Assembly: GCF_040938485.1 (NCBI RefSeq) | Contig: NW_027272210.1 | Coordinates: 372,001 to 436,000, forward strand | Direction: 5' to 3' | Length of the DNA stretch: 64,000 nt | Origin: Diadema antillarum | Taxonomy: Eukaryota | In this document: in pieces, positions 24,800 through 36,850 of the stretch | Position numbering within the stretch: the stretch's first letter is position 1 | Layout: each line of letters starts with the position of its first letter | Program-made: the position numbers and the translations under genes | Notes under the pieces: model-generated | Told to the model about the DNA's origin: nothing | Seen by the model: the letters and a program-made list of their open reading frames with translations, nothing else | Databases searched by the model: none

Positions 24800-26140
24800 T
24801 TTTTTTTAAAAGAAAATGGGGTTTCGAGTGAACCGCATGAGATTCATGCATCCTAGCAGGGTATATCCCTGCATTGGTTCCTGACCAGATTTGGGGGTCT
24901 TACGATGATTTCTGTCGCAAGGAGGCTCTGCTAGCACTAAAACGAGCACATGAACCCCCCATTTTTACAATTCTTCTGCTTTAAGTAACCCTTCTTCTAC
25001 AATTTGATAAAGTTTCGTAAAAATGACATGGGTTTTCAATGTATAGCATGACATTCACGAACCCCACCTATAATCAGGACACCCACGAGAGGTTTATAAC
25101 CAGATTTTGGAGTCAGGTGAGGTGATTTCTATCATCTGGGGATGCTGACAGCACAAAAATTAGGACATGAACCCCCACTTTTTATTGTTTTTCTGGAATA
25201 AGTAAGCCTTCTTCTATAATTTGGCAAAGTTTCGTGAAAATGACATGGGTTTTGAATGAACAGCTAGCATAAGTTTTATGAACCCACTTGTCAGGGTATC
25301 CCTGAATAGGTTCTTGACCAAATTTTGGGGACTTAGGCTACGATGATATATGTCGCATGGGGGCGCTGCTAGCACAAAAACGAGCACATGAACCCCAACT
25401 TTCAATTATTTTTCTGGAATTAGTAAGCCTTCGTCTACAATTTGGTCAAGTTTGGTGAAATTGACATGGGTTTTGAATGAACAGCATAAGCCTAATGAAC
25501 TCATCTTGTCAGGGCATCCCTGCATAGGTTCCTGACCAGATTTGGGGGACTTACGATGATATATGTCGCATGAGGGCGCTGCTAGCACAAAAACGAGCAC
25601 ATGAACCCCAACTTTTAATTATTTTTCTGGAATAAGTAAGCCTTCTTCTATGATTTGGCCAAGTTTCGTGAAAATGACATGGGTTTTGAATGTACAGCAT
25701 GAGATTTATGAACCCACCCTGTTAGGGCGACTTTGGATAGGTTCCTGACCAGATTTTGGGGTCGTACTATAGTATATGTCGCATGGGGGCGCTGCTAGCA
25801 CAAAAACGAGCACATGAACCCCCACTTTTGATTGTTTTTCTGGTATTAGTGAGCCTTTTCTACAATTTGGTCAATTTTCATGAATTTGACATGGGTTTTG
25901 AATGTACAGCATAAGTTTTATGAACCCACCCTGTCAGGGCATCCCTGCATAGGTTCCTGACTAGATTTTGGGGACTTACGATGATATACGTCGCATAGGG
26001 GCGCTGCTAGCACAAAAACGAGCACATGAACCCCCACTTTTGATTGTTTTTCTGGAATAAGTAAACCTCTGTCTACAATTTGGTAAAGTTTCGTGAAATT
26101 GACATGGGTTTTGAATGTACAGCATAAGTTTTATGAACGT
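24800..26140. repeat. Tandem array of about 6 units of about 213 bp inside the Kolobok-like element
   Basis: The anchor AGCAC(A/T)AAAA...CATGAACCCC recurs at 24933, 25150, 25371, 25584, 25797 and 26009 (spacings 217, 221, 213, 213, 212). Confidence 0.92.
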
Positions 26141-27878
26141 TGTCTTTTTGCTCACCCCTAACAGAAAACGTCGATGAGAAGGATTTGAGAGATTTCGGTG
26201 TTTTCTGCCGCGTGAGGGCGCTGCTTGCTGAAGAATGAGAGTGTAAACCCTAGCTTTAAAACCATTTCCTCGTTTTGGGTACCCTTTTCTGCAATTCCTG
26301 CAAATTTGGAGAAAATAACGTGGATTTCGAAAGAATTATGGGGATTTACGTTTGTCATTGCAGATTTTGTTGCCAATCATGGTCTTGATCATGTAACGCT
26401 ATCATTTTGGTACAGGACGGCAGATTAGTCATATTCTTCAAAGTCCTGTAGAAGAAAAACAAGCACATGAACCTATGCTTTTATTTACATATTTGGGCTT
26501 CGGATGGGTCAAAGTTACGGTGTGGAAAGTTTCAAGAAAATGACATGGATTTCACTTTAACTGAGGAACGTCCTTAAATACATTTTGTATGCATGATTAA
26601 TTGGACAGCACGCTTGGTTGACTGTTTTATACTAATTCTGACATATGATGAAATGCAGTCAGATTTCACATTCCATTTTAAGGTAATTTCACACCCTGAA
26701 TTATGCCTTCAATCATTTCATAAACTGGTTTCAATGCCAGACGAGCGGCAGTGTATCCAGTGTCAGCTGACAATCAATCATGGCCCTTAATTGCAACAAT
26801 TAATGGCCACTGTAAATTTCCTGTGTTAGCTAGGTCACTACAACTTCTGGACTGCTGACCTAAAAACCTCTAGAACCGTTCATTTACAGCAGAGCTTATC
26901 ATTCTTCATCTGATAATTGTCACACCTTGAAGACCTAAAGACAAGCATGCATGGTTCTCCTATACATGCATTTATTCCTGTGGTATTGCTGTTCACCTGG
27001 GATGGGGTGAACTACGAGGGACTCACAGCAGCAATCATCTGTGTGTGGGTTGGACTACTTTGAGTGTGTACACCCTGCTCTTTGCAAAGAGAAGTGAGGT
27101 GGGATATTTATATTACGGTGCATGAGTCAAGACTTTCTCAAACATTGGACCTGCATTTCATCTGGTCCAAAGGACAGTGTCTTTGCCTCTTGCTGTAGAG
27201 GAAAAGTGTCATGCAATTCTGTTCGTCCCACTTAGACTTACAGGGCCTAAACTTCAAGCCCCAATCTTGATTGCAAGACTGACACATGAACTAATGATAA
27301 AGCCACCTCATCTATCATAGTGTCATAGGAGTGAACTATCTCGGCACTCTGATATACTCTACTGTACACATGAAGCTGACTTTCTGATGATTATCCATTT
27401 TTCCGGACTTCAAGGTGAGCACATTTTAACACGTGTATGTGGTCATTGGAACGTCTGAGTAAAACTAGCGGCTATAGCAATGAACCTGTCATAAGCACCA
27501 GACAAGCATCTTATATTTGAACTATCTCTGACATTGTACACATATCCACTGCTTTAAAAGTAATCTTTCCTGACTGAGATGGACCTGTTCCAGGAACTTC
27601 GCAGGTAATCGCGAAACATGTTGCTGCCTAAGTTGGTACAGGTACTATATGATACAGTACATTGATTGACAGTTAAAATATGCAGTCTTATTGAAGTGGA
27701 AGTTGCTGCATGGGGTTACCTACAGTTTCCTGGACTCTGTCACACTCCTAGAAATCTGATGATATTCCTAAACTGCATTCTGTCATGAGCTTGCTTTCCT
27801 GACTGAGCTTGATACTTCTTGTAAAATTTTCACAGGAAGTGGATGTACGGTATAACACGTGACCATTTCGAGGGCACC

Positions 27879-30680
27879 ATGGCTGCCTTCAGGATGCATT
27901 CCTTATTGTATGCTACATGCTGCATTCTTCTGGTGCTGTGGGTGGTGTGCTTGCTGCCAGTGTCAGCTGACTTCCCAAAGGACCAGATGGTGTCTCCCCA
28001 ACACAACTGCTGTCACATCGAGAATGCAACCCAAGGCATGTACAAGGCCTACTGTAACCACTGCCATTTGAAGTCAGTTCCACAAGACCTACCAAACAGG
28101 ACCATTGCTTTAGATTTATCACACAACCTTATATCACAACTTCAAAACAGCTCCTTTGGACATCTCTGGAATCTAATCAACTTAAATTTGAAGAGCAATG
28201 TCATTGTTCATATAGAAAATGCTGCTCTTACACCGCTACTTCATCTCAAAGTATTATGTCTTTCGGGAAATGAGTTGACACAAATTCAGCCAGGACTACT
28301 AAATTCTAGTAAGAATCTCACTGTTGTAGATTTAGGATATAATTTGATTCCTTCTGTGCCTCTAGCTGCAATAGAAAATTTACCAAACTTACAGAAACTA
28401 ATTTTGACGAAAAATTCAATAAAATCGTTTGACTTTCAGTCAGTCTCACAGTGGAAGAGAATATCTGAAATAAACTTGTCAAGGAATGATATCACATCCA
28501 TTCCAAAACATGCTTTTTCCCCCCTACAAAACAACTCCATGCATGCTTTAGACCTGAGCAATAACAAAATCACTGAAGTAACATCTGGAGTATTCTCGGA
28601 CCTTACAATTGTTAATTTTATTTACCTTGATGCAAATAATATTGACAAATTTGAAGTGCTGGCATTCATGGGCAACCTGAAGATTACGAAACTATCACTT
28701 ACTGGCACTTCGCTGAAGGAAATAATTCCACTGAACAAATCTACGTGTGAAAGAGTTGACATTCCCCACATATTGAACATAGAGTTGAGTAACAATGGAA
28801 TATTTGACATCCCTCACTACGCATTTGCAGGTTTCAATCACACTTTAAGTCTAAAAATACGACAGAACAGGATAACAAATATTGCAAACACATCTTTTTG
28901 TGGACTTCATTCATTAGAGATTCTGGACATATCTGGAAATCATATTTCCTCTCTGCCATTGGGTGCATTTCACTGCAATGAAAACCTCCTCCAGCTGAAC
29001 ATTTCCCACAATCACATTCTCAGATTGCATCCTGGCTCCTTCATACAGCTGTCTATGATACAACATCTTGATCTATCCAATAACCTGGTTCAAGGCTGCG
29101 AATACAGACGCTGGACCGTTAAAACTCTGCTCACTCTGAACATCTCTTTCAATAAGTTATATAATCTTCCAGACAGAATGTTATGGGGACTTACAAATCT
29201 CAAAGTTCTACATGCCTCTTACAATCAGATTAGAGGATATTCTCCATTTGCATTTACACAAACACCGCATCTTCAAGAGTTGTATCTGAATTCAGAAGGC
29301 TACTCCTACCTTGCTGAAGTTTTCCGAGAGATGACTGATCTACAAATACTGGATCTGTCAAATACAAAACTTTCAATGAATTCCACACACCAGTTTTCAG
29401 GAACTGCATCACTGCAAGAGCTTTATCTACGTTTCAACAATTTACAAAGCAAAAATTTGTTTGATTCCAAAACAAACTATTCCTTGTTTGCTGGTCAAGC
29501 AGTACTCGAGGGGCTTTACCTGCAGGGAAATTCCTTGAACAACATGGAAACTGGAACCTTTAGTTCACTGGAAAGCCTGAAATCATTGGATATCTCTGAC
29601 TCTGAGATCAAAGTATTGAAAGAGGGACTATTTAAGAATTTGACTTCCTTGACAACATTGTATCTCAGGGGTAACCAAATTCAAGAGCCATCTGCGCATG
29701 CCCTGTATGGTCTCCAGAGTCTCAGAAATCTTTTTTTCGAAAGAAATATGGTTAGGTCTTTGCCACTTACACTGTTCAATGACACACCTCATCTTTTCAA
29801 ATTATTTCTGCTTGAGAATCACCTCACGACCATATATCCCAATACTATATTTCCTGATACAATGCGCTTTCTAGACTTATCCCACAACCCACTCTCATGC
29901 AAATGCAATTTAGCATGGTTCAGAAACTGGGTTAAGCTGAGCAATGTTGTTCTTATGCAACCGAACAAGACTGTTTGCTCAAGATCATCCTTTCCAACTT
30001 TAGTCAATCATCCTTTTCTACCATTTGATCCTGAAGAATTCTGCAGCATAAATGTGACACTCGTAGTATCAGTTTCCCTGGTCCTTATTATGGTGGGATA
30101 TGTGGCTATAGTTGTATACTATAAGCGCTGGTGGTTTCGTTACCGGCTCTATCTCCTGAAGCTAGCCATCTTGGGATACGAGGAAGTGGAGGACAATCAA
30201 CAAATAGAGGACTATAGGTACCAGATTAATGTTATGTTCTCTGATGGGGATGAAGACTGGGTCGACGATGTCATGAAACCAGCAATGGAAGAAAGATTTC
30301 CCCAGTTTGAAAGCATTCTCTGGGGTGATGACTATTTCCACATTGGAATGTACTTAGTAGACGCTATCCATCATGCCCTGGAAAATAGCTACAAGACTGT
30401 TCTTGTGATCAGCAACCAGTCAGTAGAGGAGATATGGTTTATGACTAAGCTGCGTATGGCTTTAGAACACATTAACGAAACCAAATTGGACAAAGTTGTC
30501 CTGATTTTCAAGGAGGATGTGGAAGAAAACCAACTTCCTTATCTTGTGCGGCTCTTCCTGAGTGCTAACAGACCATACTTAAAATGGGAAGAGGATGAAT
30601 ACGGACAGGACTTGTTCTGGGCAAAGCTTGAGAAAAACTTTAGATCAAACAAGGTAATAAATAATGCCATTCCAGTATAG
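27879..30680 (+). CDS. Toll-like receptor TLR-4, about 933 aa from the paralog-aligned ATG
   Basis: ORF 27843..30680. The ATG at 27879 (GGCACCATG, MAAFRMHS...) aligns with the starts of the other paralogs. Signal peptide, LRRs, LRRCT (NPLSCKC), TM and TIR are all present. Confidence 0.95.
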   Translation: MAAFRMHSLLYATCCILLVLWVVCLLPVSADFPKDQMVSPQHNCCHIENATQGMYKAYCNHCHLKSVPQDLPNRTIALDLSHNLISQLQNSSFGHLWNLINLNLKSNVIVHIENAALTPLLHLKVLCLSGNELTQIQPGLLNSSKNLTVVDLGYNLIPSVPLAAIENLPNLQKLILTKNSIKSFDFQSVSQWKRISEINLSRNDITSIPKHAFSPLQNNSMHALDLSNNKITEVTSGVFSDLTIVNFIYLDANNIDKFEVLAFMGNLKITKLSLTGTSLKEIIPLNKSTCERVDIPHILNIELSNNGIFDIPHYAFAGFNHTLSLKIRQNRITNIANTSFCGLHSLEILDISGNHISSLPLGAFHCNENLLQLNISHNHILRLHPGSFIQLSMIQHLDLSNNLVQGCEYRRWTVKTLLTLNISFNKLYNLPDRMLWGLTNLKVLHASYNQIRGYSPFAFTQTPHLQELYLNSEGYSYLAEVFREMTDLQILDLSNTKLSMNSTHQFSGTASLQELYLRFNNLQSKNLFDSKTNYSLFAGQAVLEGLYLQGNSLNNMETGTFSSLESLKSLDISDSEIKVLKEGLFKNLTSLTTLYLRGNQIQEPSAHALYGLQSLRNLFFERNMVRSLPLTLFNDTPHLFKLFLLENHLTTIYPNTIFPDTMRFLDLSHNPLSCKCNLAWFRNWVKLSNVVLMQPNKTVCSRSSFPTLVNHPFLPFDPEEFCSINVTLVVSVSLVLIMVGYVAIVVYYKRWWFRYRLYLLKLAILGYEEVEDNQQIEDYRYQINVMFSDGDEDWVDDVMKPAMEERFPQFESILWGDDYFHIGMYLVDAIHHALENSYKTVLVISNQSVEEIWFMTKLRMALEHINETKLDKVVLIFKEDVEENQLPYLVRLFLSANRPYLKWEEDEYGQDLFWAKLEKNFRSNKVINNAIPV

Positions 30681-30935
30681 AGAATACACCCCCTTGACAT
30701 TCACATAGCATCTCACAGTATCTCATAATACACAATTTGGATTATGTACAAATCTCTGTGACAACGCTTTGAGGAGAATTATCCTCTTGTAGTTGAAGTC
30801 CTACTGGGAGACTTTGTTTTATTGATGAACTCTTCGTAATGACATAGTATTGACTGCATGATCCTCGAGCGCTATTCATTAAATCTTTCTGCCCCCATTG
30901 CCGGTCTTGAAGGCGCTAAACCTGACACAACAGGC

Positions 30936-31120
30936 ACTCAACTCAACTCAACTCAACTTTATTTTTTTCACCTCCATCATAATGAACAAAAAAATTATGT
31001 ACATTGCATATACACGAGATATTTGTGATACAGAACAAAATTTGAAAAGGTACATAAGATAATTATGAAAATGAAAAGTAGATGCGATTACATCTTTGTT
31101 AAATACATAATGCGTATAAA
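30936..31120 (-). mobile_element. 3' end of a LINE/SINE (CR1/L2-like tail)
   Basis: The - strand ends AATAAAG(TTGAG)4. The insertion is absent from paralogous 3' flanks (e.g. about 41165). Confidence 0.45.
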
Positions 31121-31626
31121 ACGAAACGAGAGGGAAGGCAGATAGGTGCCAGTATATAAGTGAGCCACAAATCAAGACTTCATACTAATGCTCTCCCATG
31201 TTGCATGATTTGATCAATTTCACTGTGTGATGCCACCAGTGTAATTACTTTATGGTGAAACCACCATATCGACTTCATTCAGATACTGACTGAACCTATG
31301 CTTCAGACTTTCAACTGAACACAAGGATTTGTGAGTGATAGGTACAAGAACTCAAACTCCATTGAAGGGAAGTCACAGACAGCAGTAAAATGATAGGCAA
31401 AATCAATGCCAAGAAAAGCTTGTGTTGACCTATTGTTCTTATTGAAGCTTGGTTGTTAAAGAATTATGATCACTGTTATACAATATGTAAGTGCATGAAA
31501 TGCATATTAATGCATAACTCACAAGAATGGTCCTGATTTGAAATGTTTTGTTGGGAAACATATGAACGAATTCCCTACCAATAGGTAGGATGATAATGTG
31601 ATTAAACCTAAGGTAAAGTGCAAGAA

Positions 31627-32035
31627 TACCTCTGCCAAGGAGGTTACTTTTTTGTTGGCATTTGTTTGTTTGTCTGTATGCAAAATAACTCAAAGAACGC
31701 ATTTGGATGAAACCTAAAGGAAAAATTGATAATGACACAAGGAACAGATTAAATTTTGGTAGCAATCCAGGAACTTTCATGAATTTTTGAGGGATTTTTT
31801 TTCCCCACTTTTTTGCCAGATGGGGTCAGTGAACTTGTGAGTTCAAGATTTGAGGTTTGTGTGTGTATATGCACTAAAGCACGTTCTCTTCTCAGGCAAG
31901 GTGCTACACAGCTGTAAGTTAGGTGACACAAACAAAGGGCTTCTATAGGGGGAAAATGGGCGATTTCCAGCATCTGTGTATGGGTGGAAATGAGCTGCTT
32001 GGCAGAGGTCTGCACTCTCCGAATGCTTTTCTAGT
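31627..32035 (+). mobile_element. Non-autonomous Helentron/Helitron-type element (HINE-like)
   Basis: 5' ACCTCTGCCAAGG and 3' subterminal TTGGCAGAGGT form an inverted repeat. It is followed by a short palindrome (GCACTCTCCGAATGC) and ends TTTTCTAGT. Confidence 0.7.
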
Positions 32036-32075
32036 CTCTAATCAGGTAGGATGTGTCATGTACAATCAGATCATA

Positions 32076-32116
32076 TATTGATATTGATATTGATATTGAT
32101 ATTGATATTGATATTG
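32076..32116. repeat. (GATATT)n microsatellite
   Basis: Direct reading. The paralogous site (about 42336) has only about 2 units. Confidence 0.9.
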
Positions 32117-32189
32117 AAAGGTACTTCCCTGTTCGTACTTTTGCATGCATAATATATAATATGTTAAAATGTTAAAATCCCATTTTTTT

Positions 32190-32770
32190 TTTAAATATCT
32201 CAGAAATGGTTCAAGGTACATTCATGGAACTTCATGAATATGCATAATGTACTAATTTGCAATTATTGTTTTGGGAATTTTAGAGTCAAGGGTCAAGGTC
32301 AATTGCTCAATATTCTACTGTTTCTCCCATGTCTTCTCTTAATAAGAGAGAGAATATTTAATCCAATGAGGTTAACCCGTTGAGGACAAGTCCTGAGCAT
32401 ACTCGGGCAGGTGTCTATGGGAATTGCGTGTTGTAGCAAAATCAAACGGTCCTCAACGGGTTAAAGGTTAAACGTTAGGTGAAAATGTTATTCTTTTTTA
32501 TTATTACCTCGGAAATGTTTCAAGGTACATTCAAGGAACTTAGTGAATATGTATGTATTGATTGGCAGAGATTGTTTTGGAAATTTTAGGGTTAAAGGTC
32601 AAATATCAAGTGACAATGGTAAAATTCCAATTTTATTTTTTCCTCATATCTCGGAAATGGCTCAAGGTACAATGTACATTCATCGAACTTTGTGAATATT
32701 CATGAACTGATTGGTAGTAATTGTTTGGAAACTTTAGGGTCTGAGGTCCACGTCAATTCAAACTTTCACT
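32190..32770. repeat. Three degenerate direct repeats (CTCRGAAATGGTTCAAGGTACA...)
   Basis: The anchor occurs at about 32199, 32508 and 32650. The first unit is interrupted by the 85-bp piggyBac MITE. Confidence 0.6.
32376..32460. mobile_element. Tiny piggyBac-type MITE, 85 bp
   Basis: TTAA-CCCGTTGAGGAC ... GTCCTCAACGGG-TTAA: 12-bp TIR, CCC terminus and TTAA TSD. Confidence 0.85.
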
Positions 32771-35196
32771 GTTTTCTTATGTATGCAGTGTCTGAGGGTT
32801 TCTCTCTTCTTTTTTTTTTGAATTGTTCTTGTTTTGTATGAGCCTGTGTGTTATTCTGATTTTGTAATTTTACCTTTGTATAATTATGTAATACTGTGTA
32901 TATACATTTTTCACTTTTGTAAAATCATTTGTAATTCAGTCTCTGGCTGCGAACAATTTGTTGAATAAAGATACCATTAATAATGATATCAACTGTGTCT
33001 TTTTAGATTTATCCATTTATCTTTAATAACCAGTCCATTTGTTTGTAAGTATATTGTTGTACCACTGTTTTGCATGTTGAAAATTTGTTTATCCCTGGGA
33101 ATAAAAAACAAAAACTAAACATAAAAACAGGAAGCACCTATAACCTATAGTTGACAGGCACTGCTCATGCTACATTTTTCTTAGACAATAACTATTTCTA
33201 TTGAAGAATATACAGGTTTTACAGCATTTTTCTTTCCATAAATGATCCTAAAACTGCTGAGGATGGACTGATTTTGCTATAACATGCCTTTCCCATAAGC
33301 ACCTTCCCGAGTATTCTCGGGACCTTCTTCAAGGGGTTAATATTTCTCACTACCCTCAGAAACAATAGCAGACTCACTGTGAGAACTGAGGTTCAAAACA
33401 TGGGTATGCTACTGGATCAATACTCATCTCTCTTTAAAGTATGAATATCTGATGAGAGCCATTTACAGTCCGGTATTTTACTTCCTTCATCAGTGATAAA
33501 TTGATAGATGATTCCTTCTCTTCACTGTGTGAGAATTCACCAACAAAACAAATTTAATGAGCTCATTATTCAGATGTTTGAACAGTAGGCTAGTTTCCCT
33601 CAGTGGCATTGACACTACTTTAAGTTTGTTTTTGCATGAAGGGGGGGGGGGGGTGGTACGCGTACAGTGTGTGTGTGTCATCTGTCTCTATGTATGCAGT
33701 CGTTTTTTACCACAGGTATCACACAGGATGGCTGTTGTTGTTGTGTTGTTGTTTTTAAAGAATTGATAGCAGGTTGTTTTGTTTGTTTTGGTTTTTTCCC
33801 CCACTGTTAGTTGACAGGGTACCCTGTGTATTTATAAGTGATTGTTTTAGACTGAGTGTGCCCACATTGTGCAATAGAGAGAAATGCCCTATTTGAATGT
33901 AAGATATGCTTGACTGATGACATTATGTGAAGTATAAACTGTGCAAAACAACAGCTTGGTTCGTTGTTTGTTTAGTTAGTTGTTTGTTTCACTCTCTCTT
34001 TTTGTGTTGTGTAGAAGTTCTCTTGTCCTTGCGTAATTGACGTACATTTGTGCTTCCAAAAGGAATGATGTAAATTGAAAAAAAAAAAAAGCATAGACTC
34101 TGTGAAATCACAACGTCAGAATTTATTAAGGAAATTATGATGAGAAAGGAATCGTTACAGTTAGGATAAACACTATGGCTTTCCATTTATATCACCATTA
34201 ATATGCAAAGTGAATGATGACATATGTAAAGCCATGCCTACATATTCTCTGTCTATACTGTATTGCGCACTAATATTGGTACACCACCACAATATAATTG
34301 GTGTATAGAGTGGTTTTGTCTGTAACAAACCCTGACACAAATCTAGATGTCTCTTTCTGGTTTTTGAAAATTAACCTCTGTAGCTACATAAAGCTGTTGT
34401 CTATTTGCATGACTCTAATTTATATCATCAATGAATAATTCAACATTTCAATTTTGCAATATGTGTTACCATGTAAGAACTTGGTTAAATCTTTGAAAAA
34501 TTAAAAAGAATGAAGGTCCATAAAGGAAGAGGCCAAGAAATACATGCCAGATATTCTGCAATTATTGTAGATGTAATAGGTGATTGTATGCTATATAAAA
34601 ATGAATGAACATGAAATGTCACATACCAATATTCACTTCAATGTACTGCGAGTCCTCACACAATGAAATAAAATGTTGCCCACGCTTTTATCATATCTTG
34701 CCTGGAATAGTTTTACTGACATTTAAGGGAGTTTTTCCTAATTTTTTTCTGCCCTCCATTAACTTAAAATTATGCTTGCCATACACAGAAAAAGAAAAAA
34801 GTTTGAATGGAAATGTAGGCTCGATATCTTATTTAGGGAACCATGTATCCATGAGAAAAGTTAAATGTGACAAGCTCTACATATTGCCACAGATACCTTG
34901 AACTGTCTCACATTTGAACTGATACACTGTTGGCAAAGAGCATAATGGCATAGACAGTATGGCAAAAGTCTCCAAATATAATTCCAAGAGAGCAGTACAT
35001 GAGCACACTATTGATCACATCTGCTACATACAACTGTGTGAGGGTTTTCCAAATTTGTATGGATACATATTGATAGAATAACATTCTTTTTTAGTCTTTA
35101 CATACAATGTTTATTCACAATTGTCAGTATTGAGCTGTTACAAAGCATTTGATTTCTGAGTAGATATTAAGATTTGTTTAGATACGATAATCTTAA

Positions 35197-35560
35197 AGGA
35201 CAAGTTCACCTTCATAAACATAAGGATTGAGAAAATGCAGCAATATTAGTAGAACACATCAGTGAAAGTTTGAGGAAAATTGGACAATCGATGCAAAGTT
35301 ATGAATTTTTAAATCTTTTGTGTTGGAACTGCTGGACGAGGAGACTACTATAGCTTGTGATGTCATATGAGTACGACAGTATAAAGAAAATGTAAAGAAA
35401 ATTCAACATATTCTCATTTTTTTTGCATAATAAAAGAGCATTTGACTTGCCTCTTTCTAAATGTAGGGGGAATAATATTACCCATGACATACATCAGTAA
35501 CGAGTCAAGGGAATGTGTATTTTTTTCAAAAGATGAAATTTTGTGAAACTCTCACAAAAT
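35197..35560 (+). mobile_element. Truncated TTAA-targeting (Kolobok-like) repeat fragment
   Basis: Begins TTAA-AGGACAAGTTCACC at a TTAA that is empty in the paralogous spacer (about 43548-43552). No matching right end was found. Confidence 0.5.
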
Positions 35561-36026
35561 GTGTATGCAAGGGGGGTCGGGGGGGGGGGGTCGTACGACC
35601 CCCCCCCCCCAAAAAAAAAAAAAAAAAAAATTTGAAAGGTCCACTTATTGTAAAAGACAATTTTGTTTTTTGAGGGATTTTTACCCTATATACAACAGGA
35701 AAAAAAAGTGACCAGGTGGTGTTCCAGCAATTAGTCAAAAAACCACGTAAATTTTGTAACTTAGTTTTACTAATCTGCCATACCTTATTTCTAAGCCGTA
35801 CTGCTATGTTTATCAATTTTCCTCAAAAAGTCACTTTTCATTGCACCAAATGGCCCCATTTTAAGATATAAAATTCAAAAAGTCCCTACCGTGGGAGGGG
35901 GGACAGCCCCCTCCAAAACCCTCCCCTCGCTCGGTTACTCCGCTCCCTCGCAATGGTGAAGGTCAGAAAATTGTGATTACACCCCCCCCCCCCCCCCCCC
36001 CCCCGAAAAAATCCTGGATACATCCC
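35561..36026. mobile_element. G/C-tract-rich MITE-like repeat with CCTGGATACATCCCTG terminus
   Basis: Right terminus ATCCTGGATACATCCCTG, partial inverted match TGTATGCAAGG at the left, and palindrome GGGGGGTCGTACGACCCCCC. It is absent from paralogous spacers. Confidence 0.45.
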
Positions 36027-36850
36027 TGCACCCTTCCTGCTCCTTGCAAAGAGAAGTATGGTAAGACCATTTATGTGGATGAGTCAAGACTTTCTCACAA
36101 GTACATCAGACTTCCATTTTATATCTGGTCTAAAGGACAGCAATTTTAGATGGGCAACACTTGCTCATCCCACCTAAGACTAGCAGGACCTCAACTTCAA
36201 GCCTCAATCTTAATGGCAAGTCCAACTGACCTTTGAACTACAGCCATCTCCTTGCCATTACAGTGTCTTAGGAGTGAATCATCAAGGCACTTTGATGCAA
36301 CATCTGACCAACTGTACTGATTTTCTATGAATATCCAGTAATTCTTTCTGGACTTTGAGACGCCTAATGGACATTTTAACCCTTGCATGTCGTTGTTAGA
36401 ATGGATGAGCAATACTGTGAACAACTTGAAACTGAGTATCAGAAGCACTATATAGAAAGCAATTTTGATAACTCACAGCCATCAACCTGAGCATTTTATA
36501 TAAATACCCCAGCTGTAAACATGTTTCACTGCTCTGATATAATCCTTCCTGACCGAGGTTGAGTTGTTCCAACAACTGCAAAAGGTGGAAACACATTGCT
36601 CTTCAACTTGGTATTAAACTCTTATTGAGAGCTGAAATTCGTAATCTTAATTAACTGGAAGCAGCTACATGGGATACACAGTTCCCTGGACTACCGTTGC
36701 ACTCACAGAAATCTGATATTTGTAGATTGCATCCTGTCAATAGCTTGTTCGCCCAAAAGATCTTCATGCTGTTGTCAAATTTTCAAAGGAAGTGGAAGAA
36801 ACAGCATTTTGAGGGTCTCATGCCAGCATTCAGGACACATTCCTTAATAC
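36027..36850 (+). pseudogene. Orphan TLR 5' relic: upstream region plus first about 9 codons of a deleted seventh TLR
   Basis: Colinear with the TLR-6 upstream region (about 44680-45480). It ends in aaattttcaaag-gaagtgg...gagggtctc-ATG (36820) CCA GCA TTC AGG ACA CAT TCC TTA = MPAFRTHSL, compared with MAAFRMHSL in TLR-4. Homology is then lost. Confidence 0.8.

Larger units (their letters stand above)
23569..26573. mobile_element. Kolobok-like non-autonomous DNA transposon, 3005 bp, with internal satellite
   Basis: Perfect 15-bp TIR GGACGTTCCTCAGTT / AACTGAGGAACGTCC, flanked by TTAA (23565-68 and 26574-77). RR...YY termini with a TTAA TSD fit Kolobok rather than piggyBac. No transposase ORF. 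Confidence 0.82.

Noticed and set aside
24800-26140. Regularly spaced repeats resembling a CRISPR array
   Set aside because: The whole 213-bp unit is repeated, with no unique spacers and no cas genes, in a eukaryotic context. It is a satellite inside a transposon.
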